NCBI GenBank assembly: GCA_023247035.1
Contig: JAHFHG010000002.1
Span: 12,090-76,089, forward strand
DNA: 64,000 nt
DNA from: Candidatus Omnitrophota bacterium
GTDB taxonomy: Bacteria > Omnitrophota > Omnitrophia > Omnitrophales > Aquincolibacteriaceae
Direction of reading: 5' to 3'
Made by a program: the position numbers and the translations under genes. The notes under the pieces are model-generated. The model was given only the letters and a program-made list of their open reading frames with translations, was not told the origin of the DNA and did not search any database. How positions within the stretch are numbered: position 1 is the first letter of the stretch; each line of letters begins with the position of its first letter. Positions 36,842 through 47,485 of this stretch are shown here, piece after piece.

Positions 36842-38914
36842 ATGAGTTCTCATCATCCGGATCCCGCCAACCGTTTGGCGAAAGAAAAAAGCCCTTACCT
36901 TCTCCAGCACGCCCAAAATCCCGTAGATTGGTATCCGTGGTCGGAAGAGGCCTTCGAAAAAGCAAAGCGCGAGGGCAAGATGATCTTCCTTTCCATCGGC
37001 TATTCGACCTGCCACTGGTGCCACGTGATGGAACACGAATCCTTCGAGAATCGGGAAATCGCCGCGCTCTTGAACCGGCATTTTGTCTCGATCAAAGTCG
37101 ACCGCGAAGAAAGGCCCGATATCGACCAGATTTATATGACCGCGATCCAGACGATGACCGGATCGGGAGGCTGGCCGCTGACCGCATTCCTGACTCCGGA
37201 AGGCCGGCCGGTCACCGGCGGGACCTATTTTCCTCCCGAGGACAAGTGGGGCCGGATGGGAATGAAAACCCTCCTGCCGCGGCTCGCTCAAATGTGGGAA
37301 GAAAAACGCCGGGAAATGGAAACGGCCGGAGAGCAGCTGGCGGGAATCCTTCAATCCCAGCCCTCCCCGTCTTCTCCAATGATCCTGAGTGAAGAAATTT
37401 TTACCGTCGCGCACGGCCAGTTTGCGGCAAGCTTCGATCCCGAGCACGGCGGCTTCGGAAAGGCGCCCAAGTTTCCCCGCCCGCACGATTTGTCCTTCCT
37501 TCTCCGCTATTGGAAAAGGACTTCCGGCGCGCGCGAACTTGAAATGGTGAAGACGACTTTAAATCAGATGGCCCAAGGCGGGATTTACGATCACCTCGGC
37601 GGCGGATTCCACCGCTATTCCACGGACGAGGCCTGGCTCGTCCCTCATTTTGAAAAGATGCTTTACGATCAGGCGCTTCTGGCCCGGACCTACCTTGAGG
37701 CGTACCAGGCGGCGCGAATCCCGGAATACGCGGACGTGGCGCGCGATATTTTCAATTATGTCCAGCGGGATATGACGGCTCCGGAAGGCGGATTCTATTC
37801 CGCCGAAGACGCGGACAGCGAAGGCGAAGAGGGGAAGTTTTACGTCTGGCGCCCGGAAGAAATCCGGAAAATCTTGGGCGAAGAAGACGGGAAAATTTTC
37901 AATGAATTTTATGGAATCACGGACGCCGGGAATTTTGAGCACGGGATGTCCATCCTGCACCTCACTCAGCGCATTCCGGAATTCGCGGCGCAAAAAGGGA
38001 TACCGGTTGAGGAACTGAAAAGAAAACTCGTCGAGGGCCGGCGGAAACTTTTTGAATCCCGCCGCAGAAGAATCCCGCCGCATAAGGACGATAAAATCCT
38101 CACGGCCTGGAACGGGTTAATGATTTCTGCGCTGGCGCTCGGGGCGCAAATCTTAGATGAGCCTTCTTATTCCGCAAGCGCCGGCCGGGCCGCGGATTTT
38201 ATCCTTACAAGCCTCCAGCGCGGAGGAAGGCTTTGGCGCCGCTTCCGCCAAGGCGAGGCTGCGGTCCCGGCGTTTCAGGAGGATTACGCCTTTTTTGCCT
38301 TGGGCCTCCTTGATCTTTATCAGGCCACTTTTGAAATCAAATGGTTTGAAGAGGCGAAACGGCTGACGGAAGACATGATCCGTTTTTTCTGGGATGAAAA
38401 AGCCGGCGGATTTTTTTACACGGCATCAGACAGCGAACCTTTGATCGCCCGGATGAAGGAATATTACGACGGGGCCGTCCCTTCCGGGAATTCCATCGCC
38501 GCCCTTTTGCTTTTAAGATTGAGCCACATGACGGGCGGAAGCTCTTTGCGGGAAACGGCCGAAAAAATTTTTCATTCCAACGCCCAGGCCCTGGAAAAAT
38601 ATCCGATGGCTTTTCCTCAGTTCTTGATCGCGGTCGATTTTGCGCTCGGCCCGGCGCGGGAGATTGTTTTGGCGGGAAAAAAAGACTCCCCGGATTTTCA
38701 AAATTATCTGCGGCTGCTGCGGAGCCGTTTTGAACCGCGCCAGGTCGTCTTGCATCATCCGGAAGATGAAACGGCCGGGAGGATCGAAAATTTGGCGGGT
38801 TTTATCAAGGATCAGATTGCTCCGGCGGGCAGGACCGCGGTTTATGTCTGCCGGAACCGGACGTGCCGGCGGCCGGCCGCGACACTCCAAGAGCTTGAGA
38901 AGATATTATCGTAA
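36842..38914 (+). CDS. Thioredoxin-domain protein of the DUF255 / YyaL (spermatogenesis-associated protein 20-like) family, with a C-terminal six-hairpin glycosidase-like region
   Basis: [17 protein letters not shown]...[16 protein letters not shown]. Confidence 0.8.
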   Translation: MSSHHPDPANRLAKEKSPYLLQHAQNPVDWYPWSEEAFEKAKREGKMIFLSIGYSTCHWCHVMEHESFENREIAALLNRHFVSIKVDREERPDIDQIYMTAIQTMTGSGGWPLTAFLTPEGRPVTGGTYFPPEDKWGRMGMKTLLPRLAQMWEEKRREMETAGEQLAGILQSQPSPSSPMILSEEIFTVAHGQFAASFDPEHGGFGKAPKFPRPHDLSFLLRYWKRTSGARELEMVKTTLNQMAQGGIYDHLGGGFHRYSTDEAWLVPHFEKMLYDQALLARTYLEAYQAARIPEYADVARDIFNYVQRDMTAPEGGFYSAEDADSEGEEGKFYVWRPEEIRKILGEEDGKIFNEFYGITDAGNFEHGMSILHLTQRIPEFAAQKGIPVEELKRKLVEGRRKLFESRRRRIPPHKDDKILTAWNGLMISALALGAQILDEPSYSASAGRAADFILTSLQRGGRLWRRFRQGEAAVPAFQEDYAFFALGLLDLYQATFEIKWFEEAKRLTEDMIRFFWDEKAGGFFYTASDSEPLIARMKEYYDGAVPSGNSIAALLLLRLSHMTGGSSLRETAEKIFHSNAQALEKYPMAFPQFLIAVDFALGPAREIVLAGKKDSPDFQNYLRLLRSRFEPRQVVLHHPEDETAGRIENLAGFIKDQIAPAGRTAVYVCRNRTCRRPAATLQELEKILS

Positions 38915-38945
38915 ACCCATTTTGAATAACTCCGGCGGCCGATAG

Positions 38946-40079
38946 ATGAAAATACAAGATTTTCCCGATCAAAAATTTGACGCCATTGTCTTGGGAACGG
39001 GAATTGCCGGACTGGCCGCTGCGATCTCGCTGGCGCGCCGCCGGCAAAAAGTCCTCATGATCGGCAAAAAAAATCTGGCGGGCGAGGCCTCTCCGGCCGC
39101 GGCGGGAATTTTGGATCCTTTTCTCGAAATGACTCCCGGCCATCCGCTTTTTAAATTAAGCCGCGAGGCTTTTTTCCGTTATCCGGCCTGGCTTAGGCAT
39201 CTGCGGAAGTTTACAAAAAAGGATTTGGGTTATGCCCGGCCCGGAATGCTTTACGTTGCTTTCAACCGCCGCGAGGAATCAGAATTGAGGAGGCGTTTCG
39301 CGTGGCAGCGCAAAAGCGGGATTCCCGTGATCCGGAAATCGCGTCCGGAAATTCTCAGGAGCGAGCCGCACCTTAACCGGCAAGCCCGCAGCGGTCTTTT
39401 ATATCCGACAATCGGGCGGATTAAGCCGCGCGCTTTTTTGAAGGTTCTTTTCCGCTTCGCAAAGCGCCGCGGCGTTGGAATTCTGAACACAAGGCAGGAT
39501 GCCCGCCTGCTCACGCTTCGAAACCATGTCCGTGGAGTCCAAGTGGATTCTTCGGTATACTTGTCTCCCGTTGTCATTAACGCGACCGGAGCCTGGGCGG
39601 GCAAAAATCCTTACTTAGGGATGAAGCCTCCTATTCTCCCGGCCCGAGGACAGGCGCTTGTCGTGAAGGCAAAAAAAATCACACAAAGGATCCTGCACGG
39701 CCTGGCGGGATTTTATATTGTTCCCTGGGGAAAGAATGCTTATCTTCTGGGTTCCACCGTTGAATTTTCCGGCTTCAAAGCCCGGACAACGCGGGAAGGG
39801 ATCAAAAAAATCAAGGAAGGAGCCGAAAAACTGATTCCGGCGCTGCGGGATTTTAAAGCCGTCAACCGCTGGGCGGGCCTGCGTCCTTTTTCCAAAGACG
39901 GTTTGCCCTGGATCGGCCCTACGCGAATGGGCGGCCTTTATTGGGCGCTGGGTTTTTACCGGAGCGGAATCTTGATGAGCGGTTATATCGGAGAGCTTAT
40001 GGCCGACGGAATTCTTTCGGGGAAGTGGCCGGCAATCTTAAAGCCGTTTGATCCAAGGCGGCTTTCTCGGGGAACGTAA
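38946..40079 (+). CDS. FAD-dependent oxidoreductase (DAO family; glycine oxidase ThiO-like)
   Basis: FDAIVLGTGIAGLAAAISLARRRQKVLMIGKK dinucleotide-binding motif. Confidence 0.7.
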   Translation: MKIQDFPDQKFDAIVLGTGIAGLAAAISLARRRQKVLMIGKKNLAGEASPAAAGILDPFLEMTPGHPLFKLSREAFFRYPAWLRHLRKFTKKDLGYARPGMLYVAFNRREESELRRRFAWQRKSGIPVIRKSRPEILRSEPHLNRQARSGLLYPTIGRIKPRAFLKVLFRFAKRRGVGILNTRQDARLLTLRNHVRGVQVDSSVYLSPVVINATGAWAGKNPYLGMKPPILPARGQALVVKAKKITQRILHGLAGFYIVPWGKNAYLLGSTVEFSGFKARTTREGIKKIKEGAEKLIPALRDFKAVNRWAGLRPFSKDGLPWIGPTRMGGLYWALGFYRSGILMSGYIGELMADGILSGKWPAILKPFDPRRLSRGT

Positions 40080-40101
40080 CCTTAAAAGATCCTATAAAGA
40101 G

Positions 40102-40980
40102 ATGAAAGAAAAACAAATACTGACTACGACAAAAGCCATTAAGTGGTCCGTTGCCACCGCGCTTTTTCTGGTGTTTTTAAAATTCGCGACCGGGATTCTC
40201 ACTCATTCGATGGCCATTTTGGCCTCTGCGCTGGATTCTACAATGGACCTGGCGATTTCGATCGTCAATCTGATCGCGGCCCGGGAAGCGGCGAAACCTC
40301 CGGATGAAGATCACGCCTACGGCCACGGGAAAATCGAAAGCCTCGCCGGCCTTTTGCAGAGCTTTTTGATCGGCGTGAGCGGGCTTTATGTCATTTTTGA
40401 ATCGGTGAAGCGGCTGATCTACGGGACGTATATTCAAATTATTCCCCTGGGGATCGGCGTGATGCTTCTCGCAATGCTGATCAGTCTGAGCCTTGTCTGG
40501 CGGCTCAGGATGACAGCCCGGGAAAATAAATCCCTGATCCTTTCCACCGAGACGCTCCATTACGTCACGGATGTGACCACCAACGGCGGGACGGTGGTGG
40601 CTCTCTTGCTTGTCCAGTTTACCCATTTTCCGGTTTGGGACCTCGGGGTTTCCATTGCCGTATCCTTTTATGTTTTTAGAATGGCCTACCGGATTTTACG
40701 CCAGGCCGTCGATGAGCTCTTGGACCGCAGCCTTCCTCCCGTGCCTAAAGAAGAAATCGAAAAGATTATCCAGGAATTCAGCCCGTCCGTCGTGGGGCTC
40801 CATAATTTCCGAAGCCGCCAGGTCGGCGCTCAAATTTTTTTGGATTTTCATATCGAAATCCGCGGGGAAGATGATTTCAAAAAAGCCCACACGATGACCG
40901 AATCCCTCATCGCGCGCATCCAGACGCATTATCCCGGCGCGGATGTCACGGTCCATTATGATCCGGAAGGAGAGATCTGA
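40102..40980 (+). CDS. Cation diffusion facilitator (CDF) family metal efflux transporter
   Basis: 6-TM core with HSMAILASALDSTMD ... DEDHAYGHGKIE and a C-terminal cytoplasmic domain. Confidence 0.8.
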   Translation: MKEKQILTTTKAIKWSVATALFLVFLKFATGILTHSMAILASALDSTMDLAISIVNLIAAREAAKPPDEDHAYGHGKIESLAGLLQSFLIGVSGLYVIFESVKRLIYGTYIQIIPLGIGVMLLAMLISLSLVWRLRMTARENKSLILSTETLHYVTDVTTNGGTVVALLLVQFTHFPVWDLGVSIAVSFYVFRMAYRILRQAVDELLDRSLPPVPKEEIEKIIQEFSPSVVGLHNFRSRQVGAQIFLDFHIEIRGEDDFKKAHTMTESLIARIQTHYPGADVTVHYDPEGEI

Positions 40981-41654
40981 TGCGGATTCTTCTTGTGGAA
41001 GATGAAAAGAAAATGGCGAGTTTTATCGAGCGCGGGCTTAAAGAAGAAGGCTACGCGGTGGACATTGCCCTGGACGGGGAGAAAGGTTTGGAATACGTAT
41101 CGATCAACGAATATGACGTCATTATTTTGGATATTTTGCTGCCCAAAATCAACGGCTTGGCCCTTTGCGAAAAAATCCGCAAGGCCGGTTCCCGACTCCC
41201 CATCCTGATGGTGACGGCCCGGGATTCGGTCCAGGATAAAATCCGCGGCCTGGATCAGGGGGCCGACGACTATTTAACGAAGCCCTTTTCGTTTGACGAG
41301 CTCCTGGCCCGCATCCGGGCCCTTTCAAGGCGCCCGCGCGAGCTCCAGGAAAAATCCGAACTCCGTTCGGGGGACCTTTCTTTAAATCTCCTGACTCGGC
41401 GTGTGTTGATCGGTAAAAATGAAGCGGCGCTTTCTCAAAAGGAATTTGCGCTTTTGGAATACCTGATGAAGCGCAAAGGCGCGGTCGTTTCCCGCACTCA
41501 AATCGCAGAGCACGTTTGGGACATCCATTTTGATCCGATGAGCAACACCATTGATGTCTACATTAATTTCCTGCGCAAAAAAATCGACGGGGATCGAAAA
41601 CAAAGCCGGATTGAAACCCTTCGAGGGGCGGGCTACCGCCTGTTAGCGGAATGA
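40980..41654 (+). CDS. OmpR-family response regulator (REC plus winged-helix Trans_reg_C)
   Basis: MRILLVEDE...DVIILDILLP...LTKPF and a C-terminal LSQKEFALLEYL...GAGYRL. Confidence 0.85.
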   Translation: MRILLVEDEKKMASFIERGLKEEGYAVDIALDGEKGLEYVSINEYDVIILDILLPKINGLALCEKIRKAGSRLPILMVTARDSVQDKIRGLDQGADDYLTKPFSFDELLARIRALSRRPRELQEKSELRSGDLSLNLLTRRVLIGKNEAALSQKEFALLEYLMKRKGAVVSRTQIAEHVWDIHFDPMSNTIDVYINFLRKKIDGDRKQSRIETLRGAGYRLLAE

Positions 41655-43120
41655 GACGGTTTCAATCCGTTAAATTACGGCTCACGCTTTGGTACGCTTT
41701 TGTTTTGACGGTCCTTCTTTCTTTATTCGCCTTTCTTATGTACGCCGAATTTGCCCGCGCCCTTTACCGGGATACGGACAAAAATCTTTTCTATCAGGCT
41801 TTGGAAGTCGAGCAATCCTTGAGGCGATACTGGGAGAAAATGAATCCGTCCGCCAAGGCCGGGCGGCTGGATCTAAAACCGGCTTCTTCGCTCGAAACAG
41901 TATCAAGGCTTCAAGAGGTTTTGGAAAAATGGAAACGGGAAAACCGTTTGCTGGGCCGCAGCAACCTTATGATCCGCCTGGAGGCTATGGACCACAAGCG
42001 CCTTCTTTCGAACCTTGGCGGCTGGCAGCGGGAGATTATCTTTCCGGATTTTGAGCGCGATTCCTTTTTTATGGAAAAAGGCGAATCGTTTCAGATTATC
42101 CATTTCCAGAATCAGCCCTTTCGGCTTTATTACCGGCTTGTCCGGTTCCGTACCGAGCCGGTCCTAGTGATCCAAACGGCGGATTCCGTGCAGGAAATCA
42201 AAAGGGCCTTGCAGCGGCTGGGTTTCATTATTCTCATCTCGATTCCGGGCGCTGTCGGCGCGGCTTGCATGATCGGATGGTTTTTTATGAAACGCGCGTT
42301 CTGCCCTTTAGATTCTATCGTCCGCAAGGCGCGCGAAATCACGGGAGATCATCTTGAGGGCCGGCTCCCCAGAACTTATGCGGGGGATGAACTGGACCGG
42401 CTGGCCGAGACGCTTAATGAGATGATGGACCGGCTGGAACTTTCCACCCGCGCCATTCAGGATTTCAGTTCCAATATTTCTCACGAATTAAAAACGCCGC
42501 TGGCCATTATTCGCGGAGAGATTGATCTTGCGCTCAGGAAGACCCGCTCGAATGAAGAGCTTATTCAAACCCTCGGGGTGATCGAAGGGGAGGTCAACGA
42601 GTTAATCCGCCTTGTCGACGATTTGATGCTTCTTGTTAAAAGCGACGCCAAACAAATCCATTTTGAGAAAAGAAAGGTCGCGCTTACCGATATTTTGAGG
42701 CCCGTCGCTGAACGGTTCAGGGAAAGAATCCAGACCAGAAAAATCGATTTTGCGTTGAATTTCATCGACACACCTGAGGTCGAAGGCGACGAGGTTTATC
42801 TCAAAAGGCTGTTTAGCAACCTGCTGGATAATGCCATTAAATTTACTTCCGAGGGAGGGCGTATCGGGATCGAACTCAAGAAATCAAGCCGGAATGCTTA
42901 CATTAAGATTTCCGATAACGGGATTGGGATTGAACCGCAAATGCTAACCAAAGTTTTTTCCCGTTTTTATAGGACCGACCAGGCAAGGGCCCATGAAGGA
43001 GCCGGCCTCGGGTTGAATATTGCCAAAACCATTTGCGAGGCCCATCAGGGAATCATTGAAGTTGAGAGCGCTCTCGGCGCTGGAACCACGGTTACGGTTT
43101 GCCTGCCTCTTCAGCATTAA
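41651..43120 (+). CDS. Sensor histidine kinase (2 TM, HAMP, HisKA, HATPase_c), heavy-metal sensor-like
   Basis: SHELKTPLA H-box and DNGIGI / GAGLGL G-boxes. Overlaps the response regulator stop. Confidence 0.85.
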   Translation: MRRFQSVKLRLTLWYAFVLTVLLSLFAFLMYAEFARALYRDTDKNLFYQALEVEQSLRRYWEKMNPSAKAGRLDLKPASSLETVSRLQEVLEKWKRENRLLGRSNLMIRLEAMDHKRLLSNLGGWQREIIFPDFERDSFFMEKGESFQIIHFQNQPFRLYYRLVRFRTEPVLVIQTADSVQEIKRALQRLGFIILISIPGAVGAACMIGWFFMKRAFCPLDSIVRKAREITGDHLEGRLPRTYAGDELDRLAETLNEMMDRLELSTRAIQDFSSNISHELKTPLAIIRGEIDLALRKTRSNEELIQTLGVIEGEVNELIRLVDDLMLLVKSDAKQIHFEKRKVALTDILRPVAERFRERIQTRKIDFALNFIDTPEVEGDEVYLKRLFSNLLDNAIKFTSEGGRIGIELKKSSRNAYIKISDNGIGIEPQMLTKVFSRFYRTDQARAHEGAGLGLNIAKTICEAHQGIIEVESALGAGTTVTVCLPLQH

Positions 43121-43225
43121 AAAAATTTAATCTTATTTTAATCTTTTTTTAACTCACCGCTTGCTATCATTCTTGGAAATTAGTCCTCTTATTCCAAGAG
43201 ACATAAAAAGACAGGAAAATCTCAC

Positions 43226-43579
43226 ATGAAAATTACAGGATTGCTTTTAAAGCCTGATTTGGAAAATTTAAAAGACGATTTTCTGAAACTCCAAAAGGAA
43301 CTAGCGGCCTTTCAACAGCCTTCCGATTTCATTCGGGAACTTAGCGCGCTTGTTCAAAACGGATTAAAGGAAATGGAGCAGAATCTTTTTGCTTTAGACC
43401 TTTATAATAATGTGGCCTCGCCTGAAAATGCGGATCCTCAAAAATTTTACTCGAATTTTCGGCGTCTAAAACTCGGCCTCCATTTCGCCCGCCGCCGAAT
43501 GAGACGTATGATTTCCACCCGCGTGCGAATCCAAAAAATACAGGAGAGACGTTCCCGTGTTTCAACATTTGCTGCATGA
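43226..43579 (+). CDS. Hypothetical protein
   Basis: ORF only; immediately upstream of the EIIA-like gene. Confidence 0.3.
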   Translation: MKITGLLLKPDLENLKDDFLKLQKELAAFQQPSDFIRELSALVQNGLKEMEQNLFALDLYNNVASPENADPQKFYSNFRRLKLGLHFARRRMRRMISTRVRIQKIQERRSRVSTFAA

Positions 43580-44063
43580 ACAGTCGATCCGGACCCATTT
43601 TGAGGCGCCCAATCGCGAAGCCGCGTTAGCCGAGCTCATTGCGCTCCTGCCTTCCCGGTATTTGAGTTCCCAGCAAAAGGGGAAGATACTCGATTTGCTT
43701 CTGCAGCGGGAGAGTTTGGGGACGACCGCGATGGGCGAGGGGATCGCTTTACCGCACTGCTCGATTCCCGATATCGCTTTTCCTTTTGCCTCACTTGGGA
43801 TCAGCCGGAAAGGAATCTATTATCCTTCCTTAGACGGCGCCCCCGTTTACTTGCTCACCCTGATCCTCTTTCCGAGCGGCCAGGGATTTACCACATTTCA
43901 GCGTTACCGTATGCTGCGTGAAGTCGAGATCCTGTTCCGCGACCGGTTTTTAAAAGAACGCCTCAAGATATGCGAGTCGCCGCAGGAAGCTTATGAAATC
44001 ATCTTGCGGGAATCCTCGCATATTTCTGAAATTAAAAAGCTAAGCAATTCCTCAAGAGCCTAA
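43557..44063 (+). CDS. PTS EIIA type-2 domain protein (nitrogen-regulatory PtsN-like)
   Basis: RESLGTTAMGEGIALPHC with the active-site His context. Confidence 0.7.
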   Translation: MFQHLLHEQSIRTHFEAPNREAALAELIALLPSRYLSSQQKGKILDLLLQRESLGTTAMGEGIALPHCSIPDIAFPFASLGISRKGIYYPSLDGAPVYLLTLILFPSGQGFTTFQRYRMLREVEILFRDRFLKERLKICESPQEAYEIILRESSHISEIKKLSNSSRA

Positions 44064-44167
44064 GAAACCCTGATTCCCAAGCAGGGGCGCGCCGCCGCCG
44101 CGAAGGTCATTCTTCCGAGTGACGAACATAACGAGGAGAGTATTTTCCGGCCGCTCTCCGCTTCAGG

Positions 44168-45553
44168 TTGCGCCTTTATTCTTTAGTCCCGCCGAAAATG
44201 GCCGACATAACTCTTATGCGAATTTTGTCGGCGATAACCAGCGAGCCGTTAGTTGTTTTGATGAAGCGAGCCCTTTCGCGTTTTAATTATGAATGGGAGG
44301 ACGTGGAAAACGGCCTCGACGCGTTTCAGCGGGTCATGACCCGGAAATTTGATCTCGTGATCCTGGAATTTGACCTGCCTAGGATGAGCGCCCTTGAGAT
44401 TTTGCGCCGGTTCGGATCGCTTGAACATTTTAACGCCCCGCCCGTCATGGTCCTTACACTTACCGAAGACCAGCGGCTCCAAATTGAATCCGGCCATTTT
44501 CACAGAACGGAGATCGTCGCGCGGCCGATGGCGATCCGGAAATTTGTCGGCAGGGTCCAGCAAATCTTGCACCAGAGCGTGCGCGTTGCGTGTTTAGGCG
44601 GGGGAACGGGGCTCTTTACCCTCCTGTTAGGATTGAAGTCCCTTTCCGGCATCAGCCTCGCCTCCATTGTAAGTATGAGTGACGACGGCGGCTCCACGGG
44701 AAAATTAAGAGATATGTTCGGAATTTTGCCTCCCGGCGATATCCGCCGCAGTCTCGTCGCTCTTTCCACGGCGCCGGATCTTCTCAATGAGTTGATGCAA
44801 TACCGTTTCAAGCGCGGGGAGGGCCTCGCCGGGCACACGCTGGGCAACTTGTTCTTGACCGCGCTTTCCGAAATGAGGGGATCGATGCCGCAAGCCGTAA
44901 AGGCGATCAGCGAAATCCTCAATATTCAAGGAGAGGTGATCCCTGTCACGGACACGGTCAATACCTTGAAGGCCAGACTCGAAAACGGTTCGACCCTTGA
45001 AGGGGAGCGCCGCATTGACCTTTTCGAGGGGCACGATCCGCGCGTAAGGATCAGCGAGCTCTGGCAGGAGCCTGCCGCAGAGGCCAATCCCGAGGCCTTG
45101 GAAGCGCTTTTTAATGCGCGTTTTATTATTTTAGGCCCCGGCGACCTTTTCACCAGCGTGATCTCCAATTTAATCGTAGGCAGCATTGCCGAAGCCATTT
45201 GTTCCAGCCGCGCCAAAAAAATTTATATTTGCAATGTAATGACCAAACCGGGCGAGACCACGGATTTCAGCGTCGGGGATCACGTCCGGGAAATCCTCAA
45301 ATACCTGAAAAAAGATGCGCTGGATTATGTCCTGTGTTCGTCCACTGCATTTTCAGAAACGTCGCTTGAAAAATACGCCGAGAAAAGTCAGATTCCGGTC
45401 GTGGAAAATTTTCCGGATCAGCTTCGCAGCCTCACCAAGGCGGAGGTGTTGTGGGCTGACATGGGATCGGAAAGCGAACTCGTCCGGCACGACAGCGTCA
45501 AATTAGCGGCCGAATTGAAGAAAATTTTGGAAAAAGAAAACAGGCACCTTTAA
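44168..45553 (+). CDS. YvcK/CofD-family protein (gluconeogenesis factor-like) with an N-terminal degenerate receiver-like domain
   Basis: VACLGGGTGLFTLLLGLK...SMSDDGGSTGKLR is the YvcK signature. The first 130 aa are CheY-like, with Glu at the phospho-acceptor position (DLVILEFDLPRM). Confidence 0.75.
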   Translation: MRLYSLVPPKMADITLMRILSAITSEPLVVLMKRALSRFNYEWEDVENGLDAFQRVMTRKFDLVILEFDLPRMSALEILRRFGSLEHFNAPPVMVLTLTEDQRLQIESGHFHRTEIVARPMAIRKFVGRVQQILHQSVRVACLGGGTGLFTLLLGLKSLSGISLASIVSMSDDGGSTGKLRDMFGILPPGDIRRSLVALSTAPDLLNELMQYRFKRGEGLAGHTLGNLFLTALSEMRGSMPQAVKAISEILNIQGEVIPVTDTVNTLKARLENGSTLEGERRIDLFEGHDPRVRISELWQEPAAEANPEALEALFNARFIILGPGDLFTSVISNLIVGSIAEAICSSRAKKIYICNVMTKPGETTDFSVGDHVREILKYLKKDALDYVLCSSTAFSETSLEKYAEKSQIPVVENFPDQLRSLTKAEVLWADMGSESELVRHDSVKLAAELKKILEKENRHL

Positions 45554-45556
45554 AAC

Positions 45557-45580
45557 GGAGCGGGCGCGCCGCTTTTTTTA
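45557..45580 (+). terminator. Rho-independent terminator candidate (GC stem followed by TTTTTTTA)
   Basis: GGAGCGGGCGCGCCGCTTTTTTTA directly after the yvcK-like stop. Confidence 0.5.
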
Positions 45581-45760
45581 TTTGCTTTCTGGTTGTAAAC
45601 TCGTATGATACGAAACAGATCACGGCTAAAATGAAGAAGCGAGTGGCCCTTCAAAAATAGCCCTCATTGTTTTTTTGATTCGCAAAAAATTTCCAACATA
45701 AGGACTTCGCTTTTCAATTGCCCATTCACATCCTAAAAGAGAATCCGCTTCTTTATTGAG

Positions 45761-47485
45761 ATGAGAGGCCCGGAACCGGTTTTTATAAGAGAGCAAGTAC
45801 GTTTTCAAATCGAAAAACGTATTGAGGCCCTGTTGAAAGGTTACCGGCAGAATTTGGGGATCCTGGGCCCCGAAGGGATGGGAAAAACTTTTATTCTGTC
45901 CTCCCTTTTCCGGACGTTCTCCCTGCAGTCCCAATTGATCCCCATTTACGTTCACGCCGAGGCGCTTCATTTCAACCATTTTATCGACCGCTGGCTCAAG
46001 GGCGTGATTTCCGGCCTTCTTACGGGCCTAAGTGAACAGAAAATTTCATCTCAGGGAGAGAATTTTTTTGAGGCGGCGGAGCCGTTTGTCCCGAAGACCG
46101 TAGAGAGAATCAAACATTTGAAGAAGCAGCTCTGTCGTGAAAAAAGTGCGCCGCTTCTTAAAGAGCTTTTTTCTCTGACGGGAGTTGCGGCCCGGGAAAC
46201 GGGACGAAAAATCATTTTAATGATCGATGAGTTTCAAGCCCTTTCGAGGCTTCCGGTGGCAAATCCTTACGCCTTATTGGGACATGAAATCATGATCCAG
46301 CCGAATACGCTTTTTATGGTGGCCAGTTCCCAGGCCGCCAAGGCCCACGAGATTTTCCGCGAACACCTGACCCTGCTTTTTGGAAATTTCGAAGTCATCA
46401 AACTGGTTTCTTTTAGTTTCTCGCAGGCCTCGGCCTTTTTAACCAACCGCCTGCCTTTTCTTTCCCTGACGAACTCGCAAAAAAGGTTCCTCATCCGTAT
46501 GACGGATGGCTGCCCTGCTTATTTGGAGATGCTCTCTGACCGCCTGGCTTCTTTTTTCCCCCGCCGGCAGCGGGAGGCATTTTTTCTCTCGGAGCAAGAC
46601 TTCGCGCCTGCAACCGACGAAGATATCCTGACCGCTTTCCAGGATGAGCTTTTCGATGAGAAAGGCCGGCTGGCTTTGAGGTTTGAAAGGCGCCTTGAAA
46701 ATTGCAAGCATCTTTCAAAAGATCCCGCCGCTTTCGTTCAGGCCCTTTGGGCAGTCGCCGAAGGCAGAAGAAGAGTTTCCGAGATTGCTTTTTCCATTCA
46801 GCGAAAATCGGCCGAGACTAAAAAGATTCTAAGCCGTCTTGTCGAAGAAAATTTTCTTTTTAAACAGGGGGCGTTTTATTCCCTTGAAGATCCGCTGTTC
46901 CAGTTTTGGCTCCGCTGGATTGATCACCGAAAGCAAAGTCTGCCGATTCAGGATGCGGAGCGCTTTCGGGAAGAATTCTACCGGGTCCTCGCCGGAGAGT
47001 TTGAAAAAAGCGAAGCGGAAGAAAATACCGGCGTCGCGGCCAAGGCGGAGGCTTTATTGAGGGAATTTCGTAATGATGTCCTGGAAATCGACGACCGCAA
47101 GATCCGCTGCCCCCAATTTTCCGAAATTTCTATGCGGCCCGCCCACGGCAGGTTTTTTGCGCTTGTCGCCCGCAGCCCCAAAGAAAAATGGATATGCCAC
47201 ATCCTCCGCGAATTAGCGCGCGAAGAAGATGTCTTGTCCCTGTTGGAAGAATCCAAACGTTACCGCCGGAGCGCGCACCGCAAGATTCTGATTACGGTTG
47301 GCGGCATCGAGCAGAATGCGAAGCTTATGGCGCAGGAAGCAAAGGTCCAGCTTTGGGACCTCAGAAGCTTCAACCGTTTGCTGGACCTCTACAATCAACC
47401 CAAAATCGTTCTCTTATCCGAACCCGAAAAAGAGTTTGATGGACCAGCTCTGGGCCCCTTGGCGCAAAGCTTACATTCGGCCTAA
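45761..47485 (+). CDS. AAA+ superfamily ATPase (Arch_ATPase/DUF234-like)
   Basis: Walker A GILGPEGMGKTF and Walker B ILMIDEFQ. Confidence 0.6.
   Translation: MRGPEPVFIREQVRFQIEKRIEALLKGYRQNLGILGPEGMGKTFILSSLFRTFSLQSQLIPIYVHAEALHFNHFIDRWLKGVISGLLTGLSEQKISSQGENFFEAAEPFVPKTVERIKHLKKQLCREKSAPLLKELFSLTGVAARETGRKIILMIDEFQALSRLPVANPYALLGHEIMIQPNTLFMVASSQAAKAHEIFREHLTLLFGNFEVIKLVSFSFSQASAFLTNRLPFLSLTNSQKRFLIRMTDGCPAYLEMLSDRLASFFPRRQREAFFLSEQDFAPATDEDILTAFQDELFDEKGRLALRFERRLENCKHLSKDPAAFVQALWAVAEGRRRVSEIAFSIQRKSAETKKILSRLVEENFLFKQGAFYSLEDPLFQFWLRWIDHRKQSLPIQDAERFREEFYRVLAGEFEKSEAEENTGVAAKAEALLREFRNDVLEIDDRKIRCPQFSEISMRPAHGRFFALVARSPKEKWICHILRELAREEDVLSLLEESKRYRRSAHRKILITVGGIEQNAKLMAQEAKVQLWDLRSFNRLLDLYNQPKIVLLSEPEKEFDGPALGPLAQSLHSA

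Noticed and set aside
36830-37486. 218-aa minus-strand ORF
   Set aside because: Antisense to the well-supported DUF255 thioredoxin gene.
43226-43579. Possible ribosome hibernation factor (hpf) upstream of the ptsN-like gene, as in the rpoN-hpf-ptsN context
   Set aside because: The sequence is predicted helical and lacks the HPF beta-alpha-beta motifs. It is kept as hypothetical.
45626-45979. 117-aa minus-strand ORF
   Set aside because: It overlaps the start region of the AAA ATPase gene and runs through the terminator-like hairpin; no support.
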